A stretch of 64,000 nucleotides of DNA, taken from contig OZ024740.1 in NCBI GenBank assembly GCA_964016885.1, forward strand, positions 378,572,001-378,636,000, in the 5' to 3' direction. Of the stretch, positions 1-12,277 are shown in pieces (the stretch's first letter is position 1; each line of letters begins with the position of its first letter). This stretch comes from Eledone cirrhosa (Eukaryota). The notes under the pieces were generated by a model. It was not told the DNA's origin, made no database searches, and worked only from the letters and a program-made list of their open reading frames with translations. The position numbers and the translations under genes are program-made.

Positions 1-458
1 CCATATTATATTTCTAGTTCTATTTCTTTTTCGGCTTTTGGAATTATTGTAATGTTTTTTATTATAGTTGTTAATGTTGTTACCGTAATTAAAATTGTTA
101 TTATTTTGGTTAGTTTGCTTATTATTATCGATGTACTTAGTTTTATCACTATATCCTGCTCTAGCTAACGCTTCATTGTAATACTGCGCTTTTTCATCAA
201 AAATATGGTACGTCAAAATTATTTATAAAACGTCAAAATTATTTATAAAACTGTTTATATATTGTATTTTATCTGACGAAGGCATGCCATATTTTTAATA
301 TGGTATCCCTGAAATATGTATAATGAAATAAATATGGTTTTATAAATATAGTTTCCATTTGTTTAATATCGTATATCTACTCCAAAAACTTGTCGAGTGC
401 TTTATATCAGTTATAAAATATTTACTTGTTGTAACCCAACAATTTTAAATAAAACTTT

Positions 459-462
<4 letters not shown>
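1..462. mobile_element. Hydra-clade-like PLE fragment: minus-strand coding remnant (1-203) joined to an inverted, plus-strand pLTR (about 206-462); runs off the window start
   Basis: 1-203 aligns by eye with 54478-54680 of the PLE ORF. 230-462 matches the pLTR at 56800-56937 and the tail at 50194-50283. It ends in (TA)n. Confidence 0.85.
265..330 (+). ncRNA. Type I hammerhead ribozyme (minimal stem III, PLE type)
   Basis: Stem I TATTTTAT/ATGAAATA; core CTGACGA (273-279); long stem II AGG..ATGCCATATT/AATATGGTAT..CCT; GAAA (311-314); near-palindromic stem III ATATGTAT, then A at the cleavage site. Confidence 0.8.
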
Positions 463-507
<45 letters not shown>

Positions 508-509
<2 letters not shown>

Positions 510-1053
510 CTTTGATAGGTTTCGGTAAGTGTTGGCCCAGGCCATGTCTAACTTAATAGCACCACCTGGCGAAGTCTTTCAAATCAGGATTTGGACACCA
601 TTGCCCACTAAAGTAGAGAGTTATTGTTTACATATCCGGGAGTAAGAGGTTTATCCGGCATTTCTTGAAAGAATTTGTCCAAAGACTTCTTGTTTCTGTT
701 TTGGTGTAATGTTAAAGAAAGCGGGGCCAATTGAGGTGAAATAATTGTGCCGTATTGTTGTTATGATATGCGAGTGTGATTTTTGTTGTGGGCGGATAGC
801 ATGGGGCCCAAGCCTTGGGTGTACCTTAAAGGTGATGCCAACATCATTTGGGCAATGCTGATGGAATATCTTACACATCATGCAGATGATGTAGCGCTCA
901 CGGCGACGTTGGAGAGAATAAAGTTTGAGTTTTTCTAGTCAGCTCCAATAGTCAAGGCCTGATATGCCATCTATCTTTTTCGTGATTGACCTTTGAGGAG
1001 TTTCAATTTTCATGATACTTTGTTTCGCGTGTGGAGACCACAGTGGACAACAG
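508..1053 (-). mobile_element. 5'-truncated CR1/Jockey-group LINE 3' fragment (same family as 32038-34010)
   Basis: Encodes [25 protein letters not shown]. The 3' UTR (CTTCGCCAGGTGGTGCTATTAAGTTAGACATGGCCTGGGCCAA) is shared with 32070-32118. Both sides are TA repeats. Confidence 0.9.
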
Positions 1054-1230
1054 TATATATATATTTATCCTGGGTTCAATTGGGGGTAACCACAGTAAGT
1101 AAAGTACTCAATACATAGCAGAGTATAAATATTTAATATAGAAATTGCTCCTACAGGACGAGAAATGTTTCATTCAGTGATTTCTAAAGAATGAAACAGT
1201 TCTAGTCCTGTAGAATCTCATCTATATTAA

Positions 1231-1279
<49 letters not shown>

Positions 1280-1456
1280 GTCGTATGGTTGCTAGGATGC
1301 GTCCATAGGCAGTATGCCGGTTGAGCACTCTATTCTCCTGCGGAGCAGAGTATGATAAAATGGAAAACCAAAAATCAGTGATGCATCGGAACTGATTTAT
1401 TACGTATTACAATTGTTTCTCTTTATATATATATATATATAATATGTTAAAGGCAC

Positions 1457-1486
<30 letters not shown>

Positions 1487-1494
<8 letters not shown>

Positions 1495-1770
1495 GATGAA
1501 ATAAAAAATGTAACTGGAGTCTTATTTTTAAATAGGGAGGGTCTGTGGTTTTTCTCACATTGTGAGAAAAACCACAGACCCTCCATCTCAACTCTACTTT
1601 TGAAAAGCAGAAGAACTGCGAAACCGGTAAAGGAACCAAATAAATATATATATTTTTTTAAAAATAAGACTCCAGTTACATTTTCGATTTCATCTTATTT
1701 TCTTTATACTTTCACTCGTGTAGGACACCTCGGTTACTTTTCATTTTGTAAAAAAACCTCACTTTCTAAT
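1487..1770. mobile_element. Non-coding mini foldback element (inverted PLE-type pLTR ends); left arm internally deleted
   Basis: Hairpin centre GGTCTGTGGTTTTTCTCACA-T-TGTGAGAAAAACCACAGACC. Homologous to 25124-25478. (TA)n on both sides. Confidence 0.8.
1597..1632 (+). ncRNA. Hammerhead ribozyme, U3-A8 core variant
   Basis: CTT-TTGAAAA-GCAG(AAGAA)CTGC-GAA-ACCGGT-A-AAG: 3-bp stem I, 4-bp stem II, palindromic stem III, GUA cleavage triplet. Confidence 0.6.
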
Positions 1771-1785
1771 ATATATATATATATA

Positions 1786-2095
1786 TTAAACAAAGCGTTG
1801 AACTTCGCTACCACTTATACCACCGTCAATGGTTTAGACAGCGAAATCATCGCTCACTGTTGGAAAACCCTCCTCTTCAACGACAGAGTAGCCTGGGCAA
1901 AGGAGTCTACAACTTCAGACCTATTCGACGTCTCCATGGGATCGTTTGACAGTGCTGACGTATGTGACTTGGTTGGCCTATTTATCTTAGACATATTACG
2001 TGTTAGATTCCCGGACTTCCACACGGGAATATACCGCGACAATGGACTGACTTTATCGAGCCATAAAAGTGGTCACGATCTCGCACGCATTCTAG
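1786..2095 (+). pseudogene. Hydra-clade-like PLE reverse transcriptase fragment
   Basis: FDVSMGSFDSADVCDLVGLFIL..GIYRDNGL is homologous to FDITMGSSDSAQVTDLVGLFL..GLYRYD in the 53821-55945 ORF. The catalytic DD is changed to DN. Confidence 0.85.
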
Positions 2096-2171
2096 TATTG
2101 CCTGTGTGAAGTGACCGGGTTTCTGCGCAAGCGCGTTTGTACGGTTGTCCTTCCTGTTCCTATAACCATGC

Positions 2172-2221
2172 CCATTCCGAGCTGAGGATCCGCTAAGGTG
2201 AAACAATTGTTCTCGGTATGG
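2172..2221 (+). ncRNA. Type I hammerhead ribozyme in a pLTR end
   Basis: Stem I CCATTCCGAG/CTCGGTATGG; CTGAGGA (2182-2188); short stem II tCCgctaaGGt; GAAA (2200-2203); palindromic stem III ACAATTGT; GUU triplet. Confidence 0.75.
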
Positions 2222-2890
2222 TGAATTAACTGTTGTGTAACCACTTCTATATATATATATATCCCATGGCTTCCGTCTGTCCCCTCTCTATCTGCCCCTC
2301 TCTCTCCGTTCCCCCTCTCTCTCTCTCTCTCTCGCCCTAGGTCCACCTCCCTCCCTCTCCACATCTATGAACCTGCCCTTTGTGGCAATAAATAATTCCA
2401 ACCTTGACTATCAACGCATCGCTTAAGGTGGTCGCTTTAAGAGTAACCGGTATAATAAAACCCCTACCACAACATTTTGATTAAGATATCTACAAGCCAC
2501 TCTCTCCCATTTCTCCAACCCCTGCATATCTCTCTCTCCCTCTCCCCTTCTTTTCTCTCTTCCTTTTCTACTCTATCTTCCCCAATAACCTCACTTAAGG
2601 ATATTTACATTTTACATTTTAACCATTCTGCTCTGATGATACAGTGGTCACAGCATTTGATAATTGATAATGCTCTGATGATACAGTGGTCACAGCATTT
2701 GATAATAGTTTTGCAAATAGTTATAAATTTGCACATAGCATAACTGTCTACCTGTTATTGTTCATTTTTTATGTACACTCCGGAATACTGAAGGATCAGG
2801 AACTGAGTTTCTTCAACTATTCTTCCATAACTCGTTGAGTAACCTCTCACCGTACGTCAACTCTATCCAGTGTAGTAATTATATATATAT

Positions 2891-2940
<50 letters not shown>

Positions 2941-3013
2941 CAATATTTGTTTCGACACACGATTTCATATCAAAAACCTCGCAAAACTAATTCATCGCCG
3001 TTATGGCATTAGC

Positions 3014-6000
3014 TTGTGCCAAGCTGAAAGGTTATTGAAAGACACTGTTTTTTGTTATATAAAAACTACAATAACAACAGAACAAATCCGCTTCTTAAAA
3101 CACTGTGTTTCCTCCAAAATATACACAACAAACATATCAAAACAAGTAAATAATTTATTATTGAACAAAACACAAGCTGAACGACTAAAACACACAATAA
3201 CAGTTAATATGAAAAGAACAACATACACAAAAGTCAACGAACTTTACAGACAGAAACGCATTAACGGTAAGGAAGTCCAAAATCTCACCACACCAAACGA
3301 AAGGGATGACTTCATGAGCGTCATCCGACGTGAAACGAAATACGCCCGAAACGAATGCAATAGGCATTTCAATAAGAAATTAGAATGGATGAATAAGAAA
3401 AAGCTACAAGAAAGGAAAATAGAATATTCTCAAAAATACCCAGATAACATCAACAATATCCGTATGACTGATGTAAAACTACCGGAAGAATTTACCAATG
3501 ACCACACAGTAAATATTTATGGGAACACTTTAATCAGTGAACAAGAAAAACAAATCCTGCAGCTACCACCAAAATTTGCCATCTACAAAAAGATTAACCC
3601 TATTGAGTACAAAACGGAGCTGGAAAAGTGTTTCACAAAAATACGTTGGAATGCAAAAGTAAACAACAACAACAATAATAACGGTAGTAGTAATATAAAC
3701 AATAACTCTGAGTATAGAAATAACAGCTATAATAGTAATAGCCATAACAATAACAATAGCAGGAGAGTGAGAAATAGTAATAATGGTGATAATATTAACG
3801 ATAGACAGAACAACAACAACAACCACAATAATAATAATAATAGAAACATTAACTACAGATACAGCAGCAGCGACCACAGTAGTAATAACGGTAACAATAC
3901 GAACAACAACAACAACAACAACAACCACAGTGGTAATAATGGAAATAATACATGTAACAACATTAATGATAGACACAACAAAAACAAGAAACATAATAAA
4001 AGTAACAACCACAATGGTAGAAATAACAGTAACAACAACAATAACGGTGAAGTAAACAACAATCACAGCAACAATACATCTAGCAATCATAACAACAATA
4101 CATCTAACAATCACAGCAACAATACATCTAGCAATCATAACAACAATACATCTAGCAATCACAGCAACAATACACCTAGCAATCATAACAACAATACATC
4201 TAACAATCACAGCAACAATACACCTAGCAATCATAACAACAATACATCTAACAATCACAGCAACAATACATCTAGCAATCATAACAACAATACATCTAAC
4301 AATCACAGCAACAATACACCTAGCAATCATAACAACAATACATCTAACAATCACAGCAACAATACACCTAGCAATCATAACAACAATACATCTAACAATC
4401 ACAGCAACAATACATCTAGCAATCATAACAATAATAATAATGCTAATAATAGGAACAACAACAACCACCATAATAACAATAATAGCAACACACACAACTA
4501 TGACGATAGATATAATGACAACCCCTTAGAGAAACTATTTTTCAACCCAGCTGACAAAAAATATAAGATGGGTAATATCTATCCTACGAGGTTACCCTTT
4601 AATAAAAGAGTTTGCATACCACAACAAATAGATGACGAGACAGAGGCACAGTTCACCATAGCTAGAAATAAGATTAGACAAATAGTAGACCGGTATACTA
4701 AGAGACAGAGCAGACCAGAGGCCAAACAACTTGGGAGGAAACCTGTAGAAGGCTTGGTTAGCCTCAAGCAGCGCACAAGGGATGGTGAGGTAGTATGTCT
4801 ACCCACGGATAAGTCTGGTAGGATGTCAATAGATAGCATGCCGAACTACATCAAGGCTATGCAACCCCACATCACCAACACGAGCGAAATTGCACAGCAA
4901 ACACATGATGGGAGAGAGAAAATCCTCAACGCTCACATGATGATGTGGACCGACATCCTAAAGCCAAGCAGACGCACTGCCAACAACTTCCAGGCGTCTA
5001 ACAATGGCATACCACCCTTGTATGGGTTCCGCAAAGACCACAAGACAGTCGATGACCCGACAACAGGACCACCAACAAGACCCGTATGCGGAGCAAATAT
5101 AGCTAGCAACTACAGGATCTCCTACTTCCTCTCAATGGTTATACGCCCCATAATCAAGATGTCCCCAGATGTATGTGACAGTACAGAGGACCTCCTCAGC
5201 AGAATCAGTGAGTGCAACAAAAACAGGAACCTATCCAACTGCATAATAGGCAGCGTGGATGTGGTATCACTGTACCCATCCATTAACATTGATTTTGCTG
5301 TGGAAAAATGTGTGGAGATGATCATTGAGAGTGAGGTGGAGTTCTGCGACGTCGACACAGACGAACTGGGCCTCCTACTTAGACTTACCTACGACACTGA
5401 CTACCTAGACAGCCATGACCTTAGACGTTTCTGCCCTAGTAGACCCATAAGAGGTAGACCCCCCACCATAACCTCAATGGCTAAAAAGACTCCCATGGGA
5501 AGGTGGATTGGGTGGACCAAAGCTATACGGACCCCCCAAAACAATGATCAGGTAAGAAAAATAGTCGCACATGCAATAGGGGCTAGTATCAAAACTACCC
5601 TAAAGGGCCACATATTCAAGTTCAACGAGAAGATCTACACCCAAAATGAGTGAGCAGCCATTGGCGTCAGCATAGCTGGTGATGTTGCCAACCTTTTTAT
5701 GGTATGGTGGGAAAGGAGACTTAAAGATCTCCTTAATGAGAGCTCCATAGACCTCATCATGTGCTCTCGTTACGTAGACGATATCAATATAGTTATAAGA
5801 ACATCCTCACATAAGAGCACTAATAAGTTTGATTTAGAACGTAGCACAATGGAAAGCATCCAGCAGATAGCTAATTCCATACACCAAAGTATAACTGTAA
5901 CTATCGACTACCCTTCCAAACACACTGTATTAGACACGGAACTCTGGATTAACACTATAGACGAGAGAACCCAGATTCTCCACTCACACTATGCTAAACC

Positions 6001-6929
6001 CATGGCCTCCAAATACCTGATACTAAAAAACTCAGCAATGTCCAGTAGTGCTAAGTTTAATATTCTGATCGCAGATTTGGTACGAGTGATGAAGAATGTG
6101 TCCCGCATGTGCGACCCAACAGAAATGGAAAGACACATCCAACACTTCATCAACCGCATGCAGTTCTCTGGCTACAACCAAAGAGACAGAGTCAGAGTAT
6201 ACGAAGGAGCCATGGAGAAGTATAAGACCCTCATAGAACTGGACATAAAAGGAATTTGCCCATTATACAGGAGCAAATCATGGAATAGCTTAGATAGGGC
6301 TAGACATAAGATAGGGAAAGCCACCTCATGGTACGACAACCAGAGATACCAGAGTGTCATGTTTGTGGACGCTACCCCTGGAGGGAAATTAGCTAACCAG
6401 TGTAGAAAGGCCCTGAGAAAGACCCACTTAAAGATTAAGGTGGTAGAAAAGCCAGGAACCATCATAAAATCCCTGATCAGCAAAACCTACCCTTTTAAGA
6501 AAACCCACTGTACTAATAGGAAATGTATCATATGTAAGGTAAACCCCCGGATAAACTGTAAAACTAGAAACGTGGTCTATAGCATAAGATGTACAGAGGG
6601 TACTTGCAGAAACATGATAACAACATACATAGGCGAGACAGCTCGTAGCATAGCTGAAAGGATAGACCAACACTGGGGGGGGGGGGGGGGGACGACGACT
6701 AAAAGGACGAAAAAACGGGTCAGTACTATACGAACATGCCAGACAACAACACGGCGGTAACATAGACAACATAGAAATTAGAATAATATCTAAACATAGA
6801 AATGACCCAGCAGATAGGCAAATCAGAGAGGCCAGTGAAATAGAACTTAGAAGGCCAAGGCTAAACAGAAAGAATGAATGGAATAACAACAACACCCAAA
6901 CAAACAACACTGACCTAAGAGAAGTATAA
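3014..6929 (+). pseudogene. PLE RT plus C-terminal GIY-YIG endonuclease, disrupted
   Basis: Motifs TDKSGR, SVDVVSLYPSI, RYVDDI, VVYSIRC..YIGETARS..ER and a final LNRKNEW. The 3014 and 5699 ORFs share one frame separated by one TGA (5651-5653) at the QxxG glycine. There is a frameshift in the G run near 6675-6691. Confidence 0.92.
4061..4430 (+). repeat. In-frame 24/48-bp coding minisatellite within an Asn-rich insert (about 3661-4520)
   Basis: Largely alternating units AATCACAGCAACAATACAYCTAGC and AATCATAACAACAATACATCTAAC encode (NHSNNT[S/P]S NHNNNTSN)n. Confidence 0.95.
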
Positions 6930-7183
6930 ATAAATAAATAGATAAATAAATAAATACATACACAAGCACAATAACAACAAACACATAAACACACACTAGT
7001 AAAGATAGAATACATTAACCAATACACAGTCACCCAATCACGAACACACATCAAACAAAACACTATACACACACGCAAACGTATGCGCAAAGAAGACAAA
7101 ATAAAACAAGCAAATAAATAAATATATAAACAGACTAAATAAAGATGGCGTAGAAAATACAATGTAACGGGAGGAAACAATAG

Positions 7184-7226
7184 CACCACTGACGATGTTG
7201 CAGATGTGCAACGAAAGAACTTTGAT
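7184..7226 (+). ncRNA. Probable degenerate hammerhead ribozyme in the 3' pLTR of element A
   Basis: CTGACGA (7189-7195), perfect 6-bp stem II GTTGCA-GATG-TGCAAC, GAAA (7213-7216). Stems I and III are imperfect. Confidence 0.55.
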
Positions 7227-7482
7227 AAACTATATATATGTGTTTGTGTCTATATTGTATCTGTATTATTTTTGACCGTTGGTCAGTCAATGGCAACATT
7301 GAGGACCGAATAAATTAGATTACCGATATAAAAGACACAGAAGCGAAAACCAACCAAACAGTGAGTGTGTTCTGTTATTGATTCTGGCATTATTACACAA
7401 ATATGACCCTCCCCAAGTATAACAATATTTGTTTCGACACACGATTTCATATAAAAAGCCTCGCAAAACCAATTCATCGCCG

Positions 7483-7518
<36 letters not shown>

Positions 7519-7525
<7 letters not shown>

Positions 7526-8002
7526 TAAACGGAATAGAAAATGCTGACAAATTGTTCACAGTTGAAAAATGGTTTAATTAGGAATAAAAGAGTATTAGTG
7601 ATTGTATGGGTTAGTATTCAGTTGTGGTTTTTAAGTTTTTACCGGTTGCGCATTTCTAAATGCTTTTCAAAAATAATTTTAAGATAGAGTGTCCGTGCTG
7701 TTTGCTCTGATCTGATTAGTTTTGGGAATTCTACCTGTTTTTATGTTAAAAAAAGTGGCTCCAGCGTTACTTTGGTGTTGCAAAATTTCTTGTGGTCAAG
7801 ACAATTTTGATTGGTCGGTAGAGGTCATGTGAGTGTAAAAAATTGATTTTGCGCCAAGACTGTTTTTATGTTAAAAAAGTGGCTCCAGCAACAATTCTTG
7901 TGGTCAAAACAATTTTGATTGGTCGGTAGAGGTCATGTGAATAGAAAATTGGTTTTGCGCCAAGATTGAGAAATGACTCTTTCACAACAAATGTGTGTGT
8001 GT

Positions 8003-8050
<48 letters not shown>

Positions 8051-8125
8051 TAGTAGTAGTAGTAGTAAGGTGTTCGATGTTGTGATAATGGTTAGCAGCG
8101 ATGTGTGTCAAATGGCTATTGAGAT

Positions 8126-8173
<48 letters not shown>

Positions 8174-10269
8174 CAGAGTAATTCGTGGTGGCAGGGATGG
8201 TCAGTAAGAATGTGTCTGAAAGCAATGGGGGTATTTTAGCATGTCAAAAGATATTTTTCAGCTTTTGTCTTATACGGAGAAGTGCGTGTGTGTGTATATG
8301 TGCGTATATAAGTCTCTTTGTATGTTGATGTACGCGTGTGTATGTGTGTGTGTGTATATATGTGTGTGTGTGTGTGGACCAATATTTTTTTCCCTTGGTA
8401 AAATGGTGTACATTATTCGATTTTTTTCAGTAAAATCGGTTCTCTTAATAGAACATCAAAAATCTTAACAATAAAAGGTGTGAAATGATATTCACTATAT
8501 ATATATCCACACACACACATATATTCACTATATACATATATATATATATATACATATATACACATATATACACATATATATGCACATATATTTTTTTGTG
8601 TTGCACCATAGAGCATGTGTGTTTACGTATGTCATTGTGTTTATATGTGGGTAGAGATGTGTGCTGATGTAGGTATGTATGTTGACGTGTGTATGTTGTG
8701 GGTTCGTCTTAGGGAGAAGTGTTTAGACGGGGTCCGTATTTGTTAATGAAGTAAGATTCCTTGCTGATGCGCTGGGTGTGGGTGGCATTATCTTTAAATT
8801 TGTAGAGGGGAAAGATTCTGAAGTTGGGATGATTTTGGGCGGCACAGGTATCAATCTGTTCACTCAGTGGTATTTTCCTGTATTCCCGTATTTTAATTTG
8901 GGATCTATGGACAGTCATGCGTTGGCGGAGGCTGTTTTTGGTGTGGCCTATGTATTGTTCTCGACAACCTGAACAAGTTAATACATATATTAGATTTTCC
9001 GATGCACATGTGAAATTGTGTTTTACTATAAAACGTTGTCCATCTTTGAAATAGAATTCCGAACCCTCTATTAGGTTGATGCAAATGCCACAGTTGGGTC
9101 TATCGCATTTTTTTTTACTGTGGGATTTGTTGTTGTGGTTGACAGTACTTTGGCATGTGTTAAGATGTTTTTCATTGACTTGGATTGTCTTTTGCTCTTT
9201 ATGATATCGTGTGTTCGTAGAATTCGGTTCATTCTATGGTCCTTTTTCAATACAGGGATGTTCTGGAGGATGGTGTCAAAGGCCTCATTGTTGAGGGGGT
9301 TGTGTGTGGAGATGTATGGAAGAGCTTTTAGTTTTGGTTGATTTACTTTAGGGTGTCTAAGGTCCTGGGTACTGAGTTTTAGGGCACGTTGGATTCCATT
9401 GTCAATTAGTGATGCAGGGTAGTCCCTGCCTATGAGGGTGTCCTTTAGTTCTTGTAGCCGTAAGTAGCAGATGTTTTTATTGGAGACTATAGTACAGATT
9501 CTCTTGGCTAGGTTGTAGGGAATATTAATTTTAACGTGTCTAGGGTGGCAAGAGTTGAAGGGGAGATATTGCTTGGAGTCTGTGGGCTTGTAGTATATGT
9601 CTGTTTCTATTTTTTTGTTATGGATCTTAATGAGGATGTCGAGGAAGGGGAGTTGTTGATGGCTGTATTCCATCGTGAAGTTAATATTTGTGTTGAGCCC
9701 ATTTATAAGGGTGTGAAATTCTTTAAGTTTTTCGGTGTTTTCGTGCCAAAGGATGAAGCAGTCATCTAGATATCGCTTCCAGTTCCTTTCAATGTGTAAG
9801 TGGAGGGTGTTTCCAAATTTGTTTAGGACTTTAGTGTAGAGGGTGATTTCCAGGTATCCCATGACTAGGTTGGCATAAGTGGGGCTGTTTTCGTTCCCAT
9901 AGCGGTCTCAGATTTCTGCCTGTAGGGTTTGTTATTGAAAACGAAGTAATTGTTCTCCAAGATAAATTTGAGTCCCTCTATCACGAATTCTTTTTTGATG
10001 CGTTGTGGGAGTTCATTGTGGAAATTATCCAGCCAGAATTGGATAGCTTCTATTCCTAGGTTGTGGGGGATGTTGGAGTATAGGTTGACTACATCGAACG
10101 TCACTAGTAGGGTTTGTTCAGGAAGTGGCATATTAGGGAGGTGATTGAGCATATCTAGGTCGTCCCTTATATAGCTTTTGATGTGCTTGAGGAAGGGTTT
10201 GAGAAGGGTATCAATGAAGTTGCTAAGACGGTGCGTTTCGCAAGCGGGGCCTGCTATTATAGGTCTTAA
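7519..10269 (-). mobile_element. Inverted 5'-truncated copy of Neptune-like PLE B
   Basis: Near-identical reverse complement of 13003-15780, with RYLDDC and the GIY-YIG region. Sharp junction at 10269/10270. It lacks the roughly 35-nt 3' tail. Confidence 0.95.
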
Positions 10270-10314
10270 CTGCTAACCATTATCACAACATCGAACACCT
10301 TACTACTACTACTA

Positions 10315-10429
<115 letters not shown>

Positions 10430-10966
10430 TATTTGTTGTGAAAGAGTCATTTCTCAATCTTGGCGCAAAACCAATTTTCTATTCACATGACCTCTACCGA
10501 CCAATCAAAATTGTTTTGACCACAAGAATTGTTGCTGGAGCCACTTTTTTAACATAAAAACAGTCTTGGCGCAAAATCAATTTTTTACACTCACATGACC
10601 TCTACCGACCAATCAAAGTTGTTTTGACCACAAGAAATTTTGCAACACCAAAGTAACGCTGGAGCCACTTTTTTAACATAAAAACAGGTAGAATTCCCAA
10701 AACTAATCAGATCAGAGCAAACAGCACGGACACTCTATCTCAAAATTATTTTTGAAAAGCATTTAGAAATGCGCAACCGGTAAAAACTTAAAACCACAAC
10801 TGAATACTAACCCATACAATCACTAATACTCTTTTATTCCTAATTAAACCATTTTTCAACTGTGAACAATTTGTCAGCATTTTCTATTCCGTTTACCAAT
10901 ATATAATAACTTGTGTGTTACACCTCTATTCTTTTAACTATCATATCCTCACACGAGATACAGAAA

Positions 10967-12277
10967 ATGCCAACAAAAACGGATACAACCCTCATCAACT
11001 CAAATGAAGAGATCCTACAGGAACTCAAGAAAATCAACACCAACCTATCTTTGCTGGTCGACAAACTTGACTCCACAAATAAGGAAACCGCCACCGGATA
11101 CAAACCCTCCGAAATCGGCGACAAACTCCAAAACCTTTGCGATACTATCCTAACTATGTTCACTACTACCAACCCAGGAAAAACCAACGAAGAACCATGT
11201 GAGATTGATTCACACAAAATGAAAATTCGAACAATTCCAAAATGGAACAAATCCCTCAGAGACAGAAAGTTCTCATTCTGGAAGATGATACAAAATCACA
11301 ACAAAGCAGAGATATATGAAAAATGGCTTAACTCAACCCCTCTAACTCTCCCCCGTAAACTACAAATTAAGTCCATTCCAAATGAACCCGAACCTCAAAG
11401 ACACCTTAGGGAAAGAATGGAATTGGAAAAAATGAAGACAGAAATTGAACTTCTTAAACTGAGGGCCCACACAAATGAGGAAAAAATCAAAACCATCGAT
11501 GAAGAGATCCTTCTGGAAATCAACAACAAAACTGAAGGCCCCAAGGTAGAGAAGATCTCCAAATTATGGAAAGGGGACTGCAACAGAGAAGAACTGAAAT
11601 CCCTTCAACGCTGGGAAAAACGTGCCGCTTGGTTCCTACACTATGAATCGACTTTTCAAACGGATTACACCTCCAATAACCCGTTCATAAAAATAGGAAA
11701 ACCCATAACTGAACCGCACAACAACTTCTCAAACCCCCAAGCCTCTAACAAACGAAGAAGGAAGCACCACACCGAAGATGAACTTCCCAACCTCGCTACC
11801 ATAAAAAGGAACAAAAACCCAAGAAATCATCTCCCCCAGAATGACATTTACAACTTTCCCCCTTCAAGGAGACACCATACCAAATCACTCAACTACTACG
11901 CGGATGCCTCATCGTCAAACATAGGGAAAAGATACCACCGCCATGATAGATGTAACAACTTCCCCGCTCCAAGGGGACAGCAAGGTAATTACCATTTTCT
12001 CAACTCTCGCTTCCACAATACACAACAAACCCACACCACACGATACAACCAACAACGTAGGCCACTTATAACACCACAATACAACATGGCACATAGAAAC
12101 ACACACCCATACTCGCAGTACAGGAACACCCCATTCAATCTACAACCACCAACCTGAACCACATTTTACAACAACAAGGAATATAACAAACACAGGAGAC
12201 CACTTAACATCAGCAGACAACCCCTCTACCCCAATCATTTTTTAGACACAGCACACAGATACAGGCAAACAAAATAA
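10967..12277 (+). pseudogene. Upstream ORF1 of PLE B (coiled-coil-like N-terminus, basic/His-rich tail) with one internal TGA
   Basis: ATG at 10967; heptad-like LEKMKTEIELLKLRAHTNEEKIKTIDEEIL. The frame stays open past TGA 12155-12157 to NHFLDTAHRYRQTK-TAA at 12277. Confidence 0.7.

Larger units (their letters stand above)
2935..7485 (+). mobile_element. Near-full-length Penelope-like element A (clade not assigned) with a short terminal direct repeat
   Basis: About 70 bp direct repeat (TATAACAATATTTGTTTCGACACACG..CATCGCCGTTAT) at 2936-3004 and 7418-7486. RT plus GIY-YIG coding region. (TA)n on both flanks. Confidence 0.9.

Noticed and set aside
2629-2706. Duplicated 36-bp unit containing CTGATGA
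   Set aside because: No GAAA or closing stems. It is a simple tandem duplication, at most a decayed motif.
5651-5653. In-frame TGA as selenocysteine or readthrough (also 12155-12157)
   Set aside because: The first falls on the conserved Gly of QxxG (GGA to TGA) and the second in a low-complexity tail. Neither is a Cys position, I see no SECIS element, and both copies carry other lesions.
7540-7585. CTGACAA..GAAA as a hammerhead in the PLE B pLTR
   Set aside because: It is antisense to the element, has a C3-A8 mismatch and has no stem I.
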